Below, piece by piece: positions 40,501 to 53,800 of a stretch of DNA of 64,000 nt. The position numbers were made by a program, and so were the translations under genes. Each line of letters begins with the position of its first letter. Position 1 is the stretch's first letter. A model generated the notes under the pieces. It was given only the letters and a program-made list of their open reading frames with translations, did no database searches and was not told where the DNA came from. Origin of the DNA: Geosiphon pyriformis uo1 (taxonomy: Eukaryota; Fungi; Glomeromycota); assembly GCA_016748015.1 (NCBI GenBank), contig JAAOMT010000514.1:604924-668923 (forward strand), written 5' to 3'.

Positions 40501-43500
40501 GTGTTTTCACTAAGCATTTATTCAGGTTCCATAAGTTAGAACTTTTGGTGTTCAAGTTGGTCAAGACTTCCCATTCTGTTGATTGTGATGTGTTCGTATC
40601 GCTGCTTGATACTTGGGAATTGCTTGATTCTGCTGGTGCTGCTGTAGTGAGATCTCTTTTTCTCTCAAGGTCTCCTTTTGATGACATTCATTCAGCTCTG
40701 TCCAAAGCCAAGAAGTCTTATTGTGCCTCAAAGTTGTCAGAATTAAAATGTGCTAAAGATTTACAAATCAGATCTGCTATTGATAAGAGGATGGAGAGTT
40801 TTGAATCTAACAAGGGTTATACTATTAGAAGTGTCTTGGAGAGGTCTTTCCACAAGGTGGTTTTGGATCATTTGGTTGTTGGTGATAAGCTGTATTTGGA
40901 ACCTGATTTTGTTAAAAAAAAAGTGGATGAGATTATGAAGAGGTGGACTTGTAAACGTGGAGTGGTTCTTGATATTCCAGAAAATTGGTCTTGCCAATAT
41001 TGGTCTTTGGATTACGTGTTTGATGGCGCTTTTTCAGATGTAATAAGCTGTGTCAGTTTTGATGAGATGTCTGGTGTGGTCTCTGACCTACCTGACGGGA
41101 AGGCTGCTGGTCTCTCAGGCATCTCCAATGAACTTTGGAAGCACTGTGACAAATCTATTCTTGATATGCTCTTGGTGCTCATTAATTCTTGTCTTTGTGG
41201 TGAGTCTGTGCCCAGTGCTTGGAAGAAAGCCTGGGTGTTGATGATTCCCAAATCTTATGAATGGGAGGGCATGCTGACAAACACTTGTTCTATTGCTCTG
41301 ATTGAGATGGCTTAAAAAATTCTTTTCAAGATTCTCTCTGATAGGATCTCTTTGGCATGTAGCAAGTTTGACGTTCTTCATGGGAACAATTTTTCAGTTC
41401 TCAAAGGCACTACAACTCAGTTTCCCATTTTTGCAATTGGTTCGGTGATTGAGAATGCTCTTGAAAAAAACCAGGAGCTCTGGCTGGTTTTACAAGACAT
41501 GCGGAAAGCATATGACTTGGTCAGTTGGGATCATCTTAAGAAAAGTTTGGTTAGAATAAAAATGTGCTGCAGGTTTATTAGGTTTTTTGGGAATATTCAT
41601 GGTGGTCGCACCAACCAGATTATGACTGATTTTGGGTTGATAAATGGTTATCATGTACATGATAGCTTGAACCAAGAGGAGGTGTTTTCACTTCTTCTTT
41701 GGCATATATTTTATGATCCTTTCTTGTGCGAAGTTAAGAGGCAAAAAAGTGTATATGGTTACAGATTAAACTCTCATTTCATTGCTAAGACGGGCCATGT
41801 GGAGTCTCAGGCTGGTCTGTTGTCTTTCTTCGCTGCTGGTGCTTTTGTGGACAATATGATCTGAGTGGGTAGCAGTCAGACTACCACTCAACACATTCTT
41901 GATGTGGATAGTGAATTTTTTTGTATCAATAATATTTCTATTAATAATAATAAGACAGTGGCCATTCCAATTAATAGCCGTGCCAGTGCACCTTCTCTTT
42001 TCATCAGTGGGTCCTCTATTTCAATAGCCAAATCAGGCAAATCACATTGTTATCTGGGTATCTTTGTGTCATCTGAGAGACTGTCAAAGCCCAGTCTGGC
42101 AAAGACACATTCAGATGTTTGTTTTTTTATCAACTTGGTTCTAAGAAAGGCCATATTGGACAAACAATTTCTATATTTAGTGTTAGCTGTCCTCTACCCC
42201 ATCATCAGTTATAGGACTCAGTTTAGTTTTGTTTCTGTCAATGTGTGTAATAAGTAGGATGCTTTGATTCACAGAGGCTTGAAATCCAAGTCTGGATTAC
42301 CTCTTGATTTTCCTAGTGACACAATCCATCACCCTTCATTTTATGGGTTGAAATCTTTTGCCCAAATTCAATCAGAGAGTAAAGTCGCTTCTCTTATTTG
42401 TTTTGCAAACTCAGTGGGAATTCTGGTTCGCCTATTCTCCCACAGGTCTCATGACTTACAAATTTTGTGCTGGCATTCTGTGCATTCTTTGAGTGTTTCT
42501 GTTTGTGTTTGAGTCAGCCCTTTGAATAACTTTTTAGCAGAGGTTGTTTGTGTTCTCCTTGATTGCAATTTATCTTTGAGTGGTTTTTTTGATAGTCCAT
42601 TTCGGCTTTGTGGTGGGATATCCATGTCTACCATTCTCGGTGAGTCTAGATTTGTCAGGTTCCTTTCTTCGGCAATATGGCATTGCCTTTGTTGACCAAC
42701 TCCATGATTGTCATGGTGCCATGTTTGACTGGTACAAATTCAAGCAGTGGAAGAGGTTGGACTCCCATGGCCCAACTCCTGAGTGGTTTATGCTTTCTGT
42801 CGAGTTCCTGTCTGGTACATCTTCTCCTTGTGCCCCTTCTCCTGCTTTGGTTGATGTGGGTCTTAAGAGTATTTTCGCCTCTCCTGGCTTTGTGTTGGTT
42901 CATGATTGGCTTTCCCAAGTTCTTTCTAGTAGCATTTCTGTTTATATGGATGGGTCTCTAACAAACTTTGGTACTGAGAATTGCACAGCTGGAGCTGGAG
43001 TTTTTTTCAGTGACATTGATCTGGATTTGGGTGTTGGAGTTTCGGGTCTGTTGTCTTCTACTTTGGCGGAAATGCAAGCTATTGCACTGGCACTGGAGTG
43101 TGTTCCCCATTCTAGTTTTGTTCATCTGTTCTCTGATAGTCAAGCTGCTCTGGATGTCTACAAGTCAGAATTGGGTCTGGTGTGTTCGGATTTTCACAAT
43201 TGTTGTTGGGTCGAACACCAGCATATTGTAAACGTTATTCATGGCAAAAATTTGATGGTTGAATGGCACAAAGTGAAAGGTCACTCTGGTGTGATTGGAA
43301 ATAAATATGCTGATGCTATAGCTGGGGCTTCTTCTCACTCAGGCTGGTTTCTTCCTTCTCAATTGCATGTGCACTTCTTGTTGACAGACGGTGGGGCTGT
43401 TTTTGGCAATTTTAGGCATTTTGTTTGCGATATTTTTCATTCCATCAGTTGTACACACTGGGAGGTTGGTTCTGGTTCTAAATTTCTGCCTGCCAGTTTG

Positions 43501-44357
43501 TTCGCGGACATTGATTGGTCCTGCTTCTCACTGGTATGGCATCCTAATTCACACATGGCTGCTGGTCACACTGGCAAGCCCACAGTAGATGCGCACAGTT
43601 TTTTTATGAAGGCATTGCACCACTGGCTGCCTGTTGCTGTTCATAAATGCCTATATAATAGAAAATATCCCAGTGTATTGTGCTTATATTGTGATGAGGT
43701 AGAGACATCAGATCATGCTTTCTCTTGCAAGGTTGATGACTCTGCGCGTCTTCAGATACTGGATACATGTTCGAAATCTTGGAGGGTGCTTTCTGGCCTG
43801 TCTCTCTCTTCTTCCTGTATGCTGCAATTGTTGTTTTCTTGTGCCTCTGATGTCTCTGTATTTACGGCTCTCTTTAAAGGGTTTGTTTTTAGTGGGTGGC
43901 TTCGTGAAGCTGTCTCTGCTTTCAAATCTCACAAGATTGTTAGTTCGAATATTGTTGAGTTTGTGCGTTCCCTTAGTTTTGCTTTTAGAAATGATATTTG
44001 GTTGGTTCAGGTTAAGCATCATGCATTCATGGAAAAAAATAAGCTCATCCCACTTGACGGTTCAGTTCTTGTCTCGGTCTCTGGCTTGGCTTCTAAGTTT
44101 TTGGCTGGCATTGTTAGGCTACTTGGTGTGGCTGAGGCTCTTGGCATTTGTTTTGGCTTTCGTAAACAATGTTTTTTCTTTTCTGGTGTTGGTAATTCTG
44201 TTTTGGTACATATAGCTGTGTAGTGTTGTTCTGATCGGCCTGAGTGGCTGGTCACGTGTAGAAAGAGCATGATTCACACTTAGTTTATGTCATTTCTTTG
44301 ATGTATAGCTTTAGGTAGTATTTGGACCTCATTCATAAAATGTAATAAAAAAAAAAA
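37574..44357 (+). mobile_element. LINE copy 4, full length, least decayed (5'/ORF1 type A, ORF2/tail type Y)
   Basis: ORF1 37708-39543; ORF2 39540-44223 with 604-aa and 547-aa open pieces (YMDGS, AEMQAI, DSQAAL, KVKGHSG..GN..AD, CLYC..E..DH..C). poly(A) at 44347-44357. Degenerate TSD atattattaattacata (37553-37569) versus atattattaaattagata (44357-44374). Confidence 0.93.
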
Positions 44358-44476
44358 TATTATTAAATTAGATAATTAATATTAAAAAAATTTTTATGAA
44401 TATTTTTAAAAAAACTGTTGTTACCTAAGTAAAAAAACCAATCTAAAAAAATATTAAAGAAAATGTAATTAAAAAT

Positions 44477-44590
44477 ATAATAACTTAAAAAAATGTAATA
44501 ATACAAAATAATACAAAATAACATATAATAACTTAAAATAATATAAGATAATACACAATAACATAAAATAGCACAAAATAATTAGTCATA
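44477..44590. repeat. Degenerate 10-bp minisatellite (consensus ~AATAAYAYAA)
   Basis: About 10 consecutive 10-mers ending in ata, e.g. atacaaaata atacaaaata acatataata acttaaaata. Confidence 0.65.
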
Positions 44591-45984
44591 ATATAGTATA
44601 GTTAGTTATAATATAAAAAACAAAACAATAACAGAAATAGTAAGCAATAATTAATAATAATAAACAATTAAAAACAATCTTATTTATATATCTATATTAT
44701 CCCAAATAAAGAAAATATTCAAAACCAAAATTACTTTTATATAATCTATAAATTTTATGTTTAAACTAAATTAATTATTCTCTTATTTTTGTTTCTAACC
44801 AAATGCTCTTAATATAAAATTATTTTAAATAATAATGACTTGAACCAATTATTTTTGATCTTAATAATTGACAATACTAATTTTTTTTGTTTATCTTATT
44901 TTTATTTATTTATTTTATTTATTTTCTTTTGTAAAGTAACAACATTGAAAAATTGACTGTCTGGAAATAAACTTCATAATAGTTTAATAAAAGAAAGAAG
45001 CTTTTTTTAGGATTAGATATAAACATTATTTTGTTAGCTTACTAGAAGAATAAAAAAACATTGTCAGACTTTAACAATTGTATTCAAATAGCTTGGAGAA
45101 AATAATTCATATATTTAAGTCATAAATAGCCAAAACACTTCTTTATGTCTTATAATCAAAAAAATTTTATAGATAAAACTAGCAAAAACTTTCAGAGATT
45201 GATATTACTAATTTACTCCAAATATTTATAAAAAAATTCTTTAAGCTTTTTTTTATCTAAATTTAGAGCACCAAATATTATCATAATATCTCAATGAATT
45301 TATCTATAATACTGTTTTTTAGTTTTATTAAATTTAATAAAATTTTATTAATTTAATTACAATTAATTAAACTATAATAAAAAACTATAATAAAATTTAC
45401 TAAATTAAAAAAAACTAAAACAAAATATATTTTGTATAATATTATTATAAAAAAAATATATAATTAATTAAAAATATTTTATTATTATATATTTAAGTAA
45501 TTCTTTTAATAAACTTTATATATTTTTTTTAACAAATTTTACTGTTTTTTTATAAGTTTTGATTGTATTTTTAAATTTAATAATAAATATGTTTAAGCTT
45601 AATACTTATATAAAAATATAAATTTTATCTTAATAACAACTTTTAATTTAATAAAAAACAAATTTTTTTAATTATTGGTTTTTTTTAATAAATATTATTA
45701 TTGTTTTTATTATTTTTTATATTATATTTTTTTTACTATTTTCATAATAAAAAACAGATTTTTTTTTAAATTAGCAGTTTATTTAAAATTTTAAAAAAAT
45801 TTGATAAAACTTAATAGTTTTTTGTTTTAAATATATAAATACAGTATTATTTTTACAAATTTTTTAATAATAAATTTTAAAATTTTTTTATTTATTATCT
45901 TATTAAACACTAAAACTTAAAATAAGTAAAAAATAGCAAACAAAAAAATTATAAATAAAAAAACAATAAAATTATTACCAAAAA

Positions 45985-46457
45985 GGACTGGGTGACTGAA
46001 GCAAATAGTTTATTGGAGAATAATTCAAAAAGTAGATCTTTGGTCATTAATCTGGTTCACTGTTTTGCTGAGAGTTATAGGTCTAGTGTCTGGCTGCCAA
46101 GGGCTAAATTGAGAGCCCATTATGAAAAGCATAGCTTTTTGTCATACAATAGATCTATTGTTTCATTAGTGACTGGTTTGTCTTTAGTTTGGTCTTGTGA
46201 TATGATTCATAATTTTGGCATCAAGTTGAGTATACATGCATGTTTCAGTTTTCATCCTTAATTACATAATATGTGGTTTGATTTTCTATGTGATTTCCTT
46301 ATGACAAGTGTTCTTAGTGTATAGTGTCATTTTGACTGGCTTGAATGGCTGCTCATGTGTAAAAAATGCATGAGCCATACTTAATATAGAACCTGTTTAG
46401 TTTTATGTAATTAGGTAGTGGTTGAACTACACTTATTAAACTTAATAAAAAAAAAAA
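45985..46457 (+). mobile_element. 5'-truncated LINE insertion (ORF2 C-terminus + 3' tail + poly(A)), apparently a further subfamily
   Basis: ORF 45992-46261 resembles the ORF2 C-terminal region and is followed by the conserved tail and poly(A). Candidate TSD ttaccaaaaa at 45975-45984 and 46459-46468. Confidence 0.8.
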
Positions 46458-46611
46458 TTTACCAAAAAATACAAAATAATAATAATTTAATTATTTGGTT
46501 TTTGTTATACAAAAATAAAAATATTGCAATTAGTTTTTAACAAAATAATTAAAATTAAAATATTAAAATATTTTAAAATTTTTTTAAATTATAATAAATT
46601 AAAACACTATT

Positions 46612-47215
46612 ATTAACAAAAATAATTTATAGTTTAAAAAAATATATTTTTAGTTTGCCAAAATAAAAAATAATAATAGATTATAAAATAATATTATAAT
46701 AAGTTATATAAAAAAAAAGCTTTTTTTTTAAAAAAAATATATTTTATATAAAATAAAATCTATCAAAAATTTTATCTTAGAATTAACAATTAATTATTAT
46801 AAATCAATTTAATAAAATCATTTTAAAATCATAAATTCTTAATTGTTATTGTTTTAAAATTATCTATTCCAAATTAATATTTTGAAATTAACTAGTTATT
46901 AATTTTAGTAAACTGTTAATATTTTCAGATTTAGATTTAAAACAATTTTTTAAACATATTTCTTATTTTTATTTTTATTTTTTATTTTTTTTAATATTAT
47001 TTGAATAGTTTAATATTGAGATTTTTTGTAGAAAAATTGATTTTTACAGTAAAATAACTACACATTATTTGGAAAGCTTACAGATAAAATTTTATTGTAA
47101 AAAAGTTAATTTTCACTACAAAGTAACTATATAAGTAATTAATATAAAATTGACTATTCTATTATAAATCTAATAGTATATATAGTTTAAAGTATAAAAA
47201 AATATTTTGAAAAAA
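46612..47215. repeat. AT-rich dispersed repeat, left arm of a ~600-bp inverted pair
   Basis: The reverse complement aligns throughout with 56692-57270 (e.g. aatagtcaattttat, ctgtaaaaatcaa, ttaacagttta, attttggcaaactaaa). Confidence 0.75.
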
Positions 47216-47406
47216 AAATTAGCTTATTAAAGATTTATTAATTTTTATTAACAACAAAATTAATAGCAATACAATATTAATAATATTAAAAATAAAATAG
47301 AAAAATTTTTAATAACAATATTCTAAAATTATTTAAATTTTAGTTATAAAAAAACTATTAAGTATTATTTTTTAGTAATTATTAATAATAATATTAATAT
47401 ATTAAG

Positions 47407-47546
47407 TTTTTTTTAATATTTATAGTTAATAAGTAAGACTTAAATACTATTTAATATAATATATCAATTAAATAATTTAAATTAGACATAAATTATATAC
47501 TTTTTATATATAATCAGCTATTTAAACTAATTATAACAATATTATA
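47407..47546 (-). mobile_element. Ghost LINE-type 3' tail with poly(A)
   Basis: The reverse complement (..tttaaatagctgattatatataaaaag..atattatattaaatagta..tacttatta..aaaaaaaa) matches the eroded tail at 27170-27305. Confidence 0.6.
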
Positions 47547-47867
47547 AATTTATTTTAACAAAAACATATACAATTTATATAAATTAAAACAAATACTAAA
47601 TATTTTAACAATACTAAACAACTTTATAATATTATTAAAAAGTAGTATAACAAACTACAAACAACAAAAAACATTAAACTATTATAAAATATTAAGTTAT
47701 TTTTTTTCAAAACTATTATTACTAATATATTAAATTAAAATATAATACTTTATGTAAAAAAAATTACAATATATATTTTAAAAATTATTATTAAAATTAT
47801 ATAAAAAGAATTATATCATTAAAGTTAATCTAATAAATATTAATTAATAATAAAAAAATAAAAAATT

Positions 47868-50800
47868 AAAACTTCTTTTTCTCTTACTTCCAAAAACCCC
47901 AACGAGTTATTTTCTGAAGAAGAAGTTTTTGTTTTTCTCTTATTAGTATTATATCAATATTTCTTTAACTAATAATTCTTTTGTTGTGGATTCAAAGACT
48001 GCTTCTAGTGGCAGCATGTCTAGTAAGAAGACTTCTAAGGGCATGTTTCATGGTCCTGCCAGTGGTTCCTTTTCACAAAAAAAAAAGGCTTCTCTTGGTA
48101 ATGTTAAACACTCTGATGATGAAAAAAATATTTCTTTGAAGTTTGGTTCTAGTGCTAGTGTATATTCTGATGTAGAAAGCCTTTCTGGTAATGATGAAGA
48201 TGTTAGTATGACTAGTAGTTTTGATGGTTTTCTCTTGGACTCGGCTGTTAATACTCCCAAGGCTAAATGTGTGAATACTAGTACAAATTTTGGTTTTCCT
48301 ATTGGTTCTCCTGACTTTGAGATGGATGAAGAGGTGAAGCCCCTTCTGCCCTCTCTTATAAAAAAGATTCCTTTGGATAAGATCTGGATTGATCCCAAAA
48401 TCATCAAAACTCTTGTAGAGATGGCAGTTAAAAAATCTTTTGCCTTGAATATCAATCTTTCAGCTGTTGAAAACAAATTGGCAACAGTGAAAACTCAATT
48501 AATTAGGAAGATTTTTTCAAAAATCAATGGTTTTGGGGGGGCCACTACCCTCTCAAAATTTGAAGAGATCATCCGATCAACGTTTACATCTAAGAAAAGC
48601 ATGAGGAAAGCTGTGTCATTGGCCAAAAAAAAAGGAATCATTGTAAACAATGATGTGAGGAAAAAAGGGCTTCATTTAGATCGGACTGTAGTGATCAAAG
48701 AAATTCCCATGGATACGCCTAAAGACATGATCATTGCCGCAGTCTCCGAATTTGGGCAAATTAAGTCGATCAAAATCCAGTTGGTTGGTATGTGGCAGAA
48801 GGCTGTGGTGGAATTTGCCGATTCAGACCAGGCTGTGTAATTGGCTTCAAGATGGTTATTTCTAATTGGAAAAGATTCGGTTTGTGTGGCTATGGCCATG
48901 GGAGATCATAATACATGGGCTTCTAGAGATTAGTTTAGAGCACTATTGTTTACTTTGCCGGTAAAAACAACTGCACATGATCTTGGCACTCTTTTGGAAA
49001 AGGCTGGTGGAAAAACTTGCATCATCAATTGTTTATTAGAAACTGGCAATAGATTTCATTGTGCTGTGGTTGGCTTTGAATCTATTGAGAAATTGAAATC
49101 TGCTTTTTTTACTGAGCCTATTTTTGGTAGGGTGTGTTTCTTATGGGCTAGGTTGAATTTGGTTTGGTGTGGGAAGTGTGGGCGTTTTGGCCATTCTATT
49201 CTAGAGTGTGATGTATTGGTTGAGTCATCTTCTGGCCTCCCAAATACATTTAAGAAGTCTGCTTCTGGTTTTAATCATCTTTAGTTAGCCAGGTTGTATG
49301 CAAAAAAAAATGTTCCTATCTCTCGCCCTGCTGCCTTTGGCAGAAAATCATGGGCTCAAGTGGTGTCTCTTGCCTCCTCTTCTGGTGGCTTCTCTTCTGG
49401 TTCTGGTTTACTCTCTAGTGGTGAGCCTCCCTCTTTTGGTTCTTTTGGTCCTCAGGTCAATGGTTTGGGTAATCATTTGGTGGTTTTGGAGCATTCTTTG
49501 GAGATTCTTTTGGATCAGATTTCTGTTATTCTTAAAAAATTGAGTTTTGTTAATCTGGTGCCTTTGGCATCCACTTCTTGTGCTCCTTCTGTGGCTGGTT
49601 CAGTGCCTTCAGCTCTGGTTGTGGATTCAGATATGGCTTTGGATGATGTGTTGGCTCTGCTCATCCCCCTTCTTTCTGGTAGTGATAAGCCTGCTGCTGG
49701 TTTTAGTTCGAGTAATGCTAAAGTGCTTACCTCCAAGATGGGTGGTTTGGAGTCCAAATTGTCTGCTTTGGAAGCTTCATTTGGCTCAATTTTGGTGAGA
49801 TTGGATCTATTGTGTTCTGGTTTGGGCTCATCCTTATCCTTTTTATTCCAATAAGTGATCTGGTTTGGAAATTTGCTACGTGTAATGTATGGGGTCTCAA
49901 TGTTCCTGCTAAACAAATAGATGTTTTTCATTGGCATGTGAATTCTGGTTCTACAATCTCTTTTTTAACTGAGACAAAATTAAGATCATCTGTTGGTCTA
50001 TGGATCAAGGATAAATATGAAGAGGTCTGTATCTTCACTTCTGGGTTGAATGTTGGTTTTCTCGGTGCTGGTGTTGCTGTTATCATGAACAATTCTTTGG
50101 CTCGTCATGTCTTTAAGGTTAAGGAAGTTCCTGGCCATGTTGTCACTATGCGGTTTCTATTCAAGAATAAACTTTTGGTTTCTGTTATTGGATTGTATGC
50201 TGGTGCTTTCACTGGTGTTCATTTTGGTCAGGCTTCTGAGATAAATTCTCTCATTGCTAAGGCTGTTAACTCCAGCATCTTTGTTGTTTTGGGTGAGAAC
50301 TTCAATAAAAATAGGTCTGGAAGAAGTGCAAGCTTCAGGTTCTGCTTGAGTTTGGGTTTGGTTAATTTGTTTTCTGGTTATTCTTTGATCAGGGCTACTA
50401 CATGGGGTAATTCTAAGGGGGTCAAAAAGACTATTGATTTCATTTTTGTTAGTAAGAATTTGGCTTCTGCTGTAACTGGCCATAAGGTTGGCCCAGTTTT
50501 GGACTTTTTTGACACAGATCACAGTGCTGTTATGGTCTTTTTTGAATTGGGCAGGCTCTTGAACATCTGTTTGAATAGCTTGTACAAGCAGGCTAACAGA
50601 GATCACTGGAAGTTTAATATCAAGGACATGGATGTTACTAAATGGTCTCATTTCAGGGACTGCTCCTCTGTCATGGTTTTGGGTATGAAGGATAATTTTC
50701 TTGCCACTGCTGCTAAGCAAGACCTGGATGCTATGTGGTTTCTGCTGGAAAAAGTATTGGTGAATTCTGCAGATGAAATCTTTTCTCGGCATTGGTTCAG

Positions 50801-53800
50801 TGAATTTCAGTGTTTGAAAAATAGACTATCCTCTAAGTTTTTGGGCTTGGAGTTGCTAATTGTCAAAATTGTCAAAAAGTTTGGCTTGGCTGATGTCTTT
50901 GGTTTTGATCATCTTGTGAAAAAATAGTTTACATTGGATGTTAACAAAGCTCTAGTGTTGATGGATATGGTTCAATCGGGTCAGAGAAAAGTTGCCATTC
51001 TTAAGTTCTTGTCAGTCGTCAAAAAAGAGTATAGAAAGTCCAAATTGTATGAATCGATCTTGGCACAGGAGGCTTCTATCAGGGAAGCTATTGAAAAGTA
51101 CATAGAGAAGTTTTGTTCTGACAAGGGTAGCATAATCAGAAGTGTCTTGGATCAGCCCTTTTGAAAAGTTGTGTTGGATTATTTAATTGTTGACGATGAG
51201 CTTGTTTTGGAGTCTGAGGAGATTAAATTGAAAGTTGACAGTATCATGAAGAATTGGATGAGGAGGCAGATGGTGCCTTCAGCACTGCCTGATCTCTGGG
51301 CCTGTCAGTATGCCCCTTTGGTTTATGTTAGAGATGATGTTTTTTCTGGTGTTATGAGTGCTATTACTTTGGATGAATTGCTTTTGGTTGTTGGTGGTTT
51401 GCTTGATGGCAAGACTGCTGGTTTGTTTGGCATTCCTAATGAACTTTGGAAGTGAGGTGGTAAAGAAATGATAGAGTGTCTCTTGGTTTTGTTGAATATG
51501 TGTTTGTCTGTTGGTTCAGTACTTGTTTTATGGAAAAGGGCCTGGGTCTCGATGATCTCAAAGCCTTATGATTGGGATGGAGTTCTAATAAACACTTGCC
51601 CTATCACTTTGATAGAGATGGCCAGAAAGATTTTTTCTAAGATTCTCTCAGATAGGATTTCTTTTGTGTGCAGTAGATTTGGTGTTCTTTGTGGTGACAA
51701 TTTCTTAGTGTTAAAGGGNNNNNNNNNNNNNNNNNNNNGTTCTGACAAGGGTAGCATAATCAGAAGTGTCTTGGATCAGCCCTTTTGAAAAGTTGTGTTG
51801 GATTATTTAATTGTTGACGATGAGCTTGTTTTGGAGTCTGAGGAGATTAAATTGAAAGTTGACAGTATCATGAAGAATTGGATGAGGAGGCAGATGGTGC
51901 CTTCAGCACTGCCTGATCTCTGGGCCTGTCAGTATGCCCCTTTGGTTTATGTTAGAGATGATGTTTTTTCTGGTGTTATGAGTGCTATTACTTTGGATGA
52001 ATTGCTTTTGGTTGTTGGTGGTTTGCTTGATGGCAAGACTGCTGGTTTGTTTGGCATTCCTAATGAACTTTGGAAGTGAGGTGGTAAAGAAATGATAGAG
52101 TGTCTCTTGGTTTTGTTGAATATGTGTTTGTCTGTTGGTTCAGTACTTGTTTTATGGAAAAGGGCCTGGGTCTCGATGATCTCAAAGCCTTATGATTGGG
52201 ATGGAGTTCTAATAAACACTTGCCCTATCACTTTGATAGAGATGGCCAGAAAGATTTTTTCTAAGATTCTCTCAGATAGGATTTCTTTTGTGTGCAGTAG
52301 ATTTGGTGTTCTTTGTGGTGACAATTTCTTAGTGTTAAAGGGTACGTCAATACATTCTTCTGTGTTTGCTGTTGGATTGGTGGTTGAGGATGCTCTTGAG
52401 AAAAATAGGGAACTTTGGTTAGTTTTACAGAATATGCACAAGACATATGATTCTGTTGGTTGGCACCACCTAAGAGCTAGTCTGCAACATATCAAAATGT
52501 GTGGCAGATTTATTGACTTTTTTGGTAGCATTCATGAAAACAGAGTTAATAAGGTTATGACTGATTTTGGTCTTTCAAATAGTTATAGGGTGCATGATGG
52601 CCTTGATCAGGGTAAAGTCTTCTCATCTCTCCTTTAGAGAATCTTTTATGACCTGCTCTTGTGTAAAGTTAAAAGGCATGAACATTTGTGTGGTTATCAT
52701 ATTGATACTAAGTTTGTGGCAAGGACTGGCAGAATTGAGAATGGTGGTGAAATGTCTTCATTTTTTGCTGCTGGCGCTTTTGTGAATGATACAATTTGGG
52801 TTGGGGATTGTCAAGCTTCCATGCAATATGCTTTAAATATTGCTAATAAGTTCTTTTGTATCAATGATATTTCCATAAACAATAAGAAAACAGTGGCTAT
52901 ACCTATTAATCAGGGTGTCAAAGTTGCTGTATTGAGTATAAGTGGTTGGCTAATTTCTGTGGCCAGGAAGGGTGAAGCTTACAGATATTTGGGAATTTTT
53001 TTGTCAACTGAAGGGTTGTTTAAACCAAGTTTGGCCAAGGCTCACTCAGATATTTGTTTCTTTGTTAACAGAGTGCTCAGGAAAGCAATCATGGATAAGC
53101 AGTTTTCATATTTGGTGTCAGCTGTTTTGCAGCCCATTGTTAATTATTGTACTCAGTTTAGTTTTGTTTCATCTGGTGTTTACTATAGGTGGGATGTTTT
53201 AGTTAAGAAGAGCTTCAGATCTAAGGCACATCTATCTCATGATTTTCTTGATGCTGCTCTGCATCATTTTTCTCTGTATGGTCTGAAATCCTTTGAGCAG
53301 ATGCAGTCTGAAGAGAAAATGGCTTCTTTGGTCTTGTTTGCTAATGCATCCAGTATTTTTGGCCACTTGTTTGAACATAGATTTTTGGATTTACAGGTTC
53401 TAGGTTGGGCCCCTTTGAATCTGTTTCAGTACCCTGTCAAGTTGTGTGTTAATCTGGTAAACAATTTTTTAATGGGTGTGGTGAAGATTTTTATGAATAT
53501 TGATCTTTTTTTGGTGAACAATCTCCCCAATGCTTTTCATCATTCTGGTTGTTTTCCAATGCCTTCAATTCTTGGAAAGTCTTTGTACTTCAATTCTGTT
53601 TGTTTTCTTAAGCGTTTTGGTGTTGCTTTTGGTGATTGGCTTTTCAATAAAAAGGGGTTGTTGTTGGATTGGAAGACATTTTGTTATTGGAAGCATTTGG
53701 ATCCATGTGGCCCTGTGTCTCTTTGGTTCATAGTTGTTTCTAAGTACTTTTTGGATCAGGGTCTTGCTTTTTCTTACTCATTTGTTGCCATCCAATTTGG

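Noticed and set aside
44236-44270. Hammerhead ribozyme in the 3' tail (CTGA...GAAA)
   Set aside because: The core reads CTGAGTG rather than CTGANGA, and GAAA is not conserved among tails.
44640-45300. Slightly GC-richer patch that may be an eroded coding or TE sequence (also 60900-62050)
   Set aside because: Too degraded to assign to any family by eye.
51115-52342. 604-bp tandem duplication inside LINE ORF2
   Set aside because: The copies appear identical and directly abut a 20-N gap, which is typical of an unmerged contig overlap.
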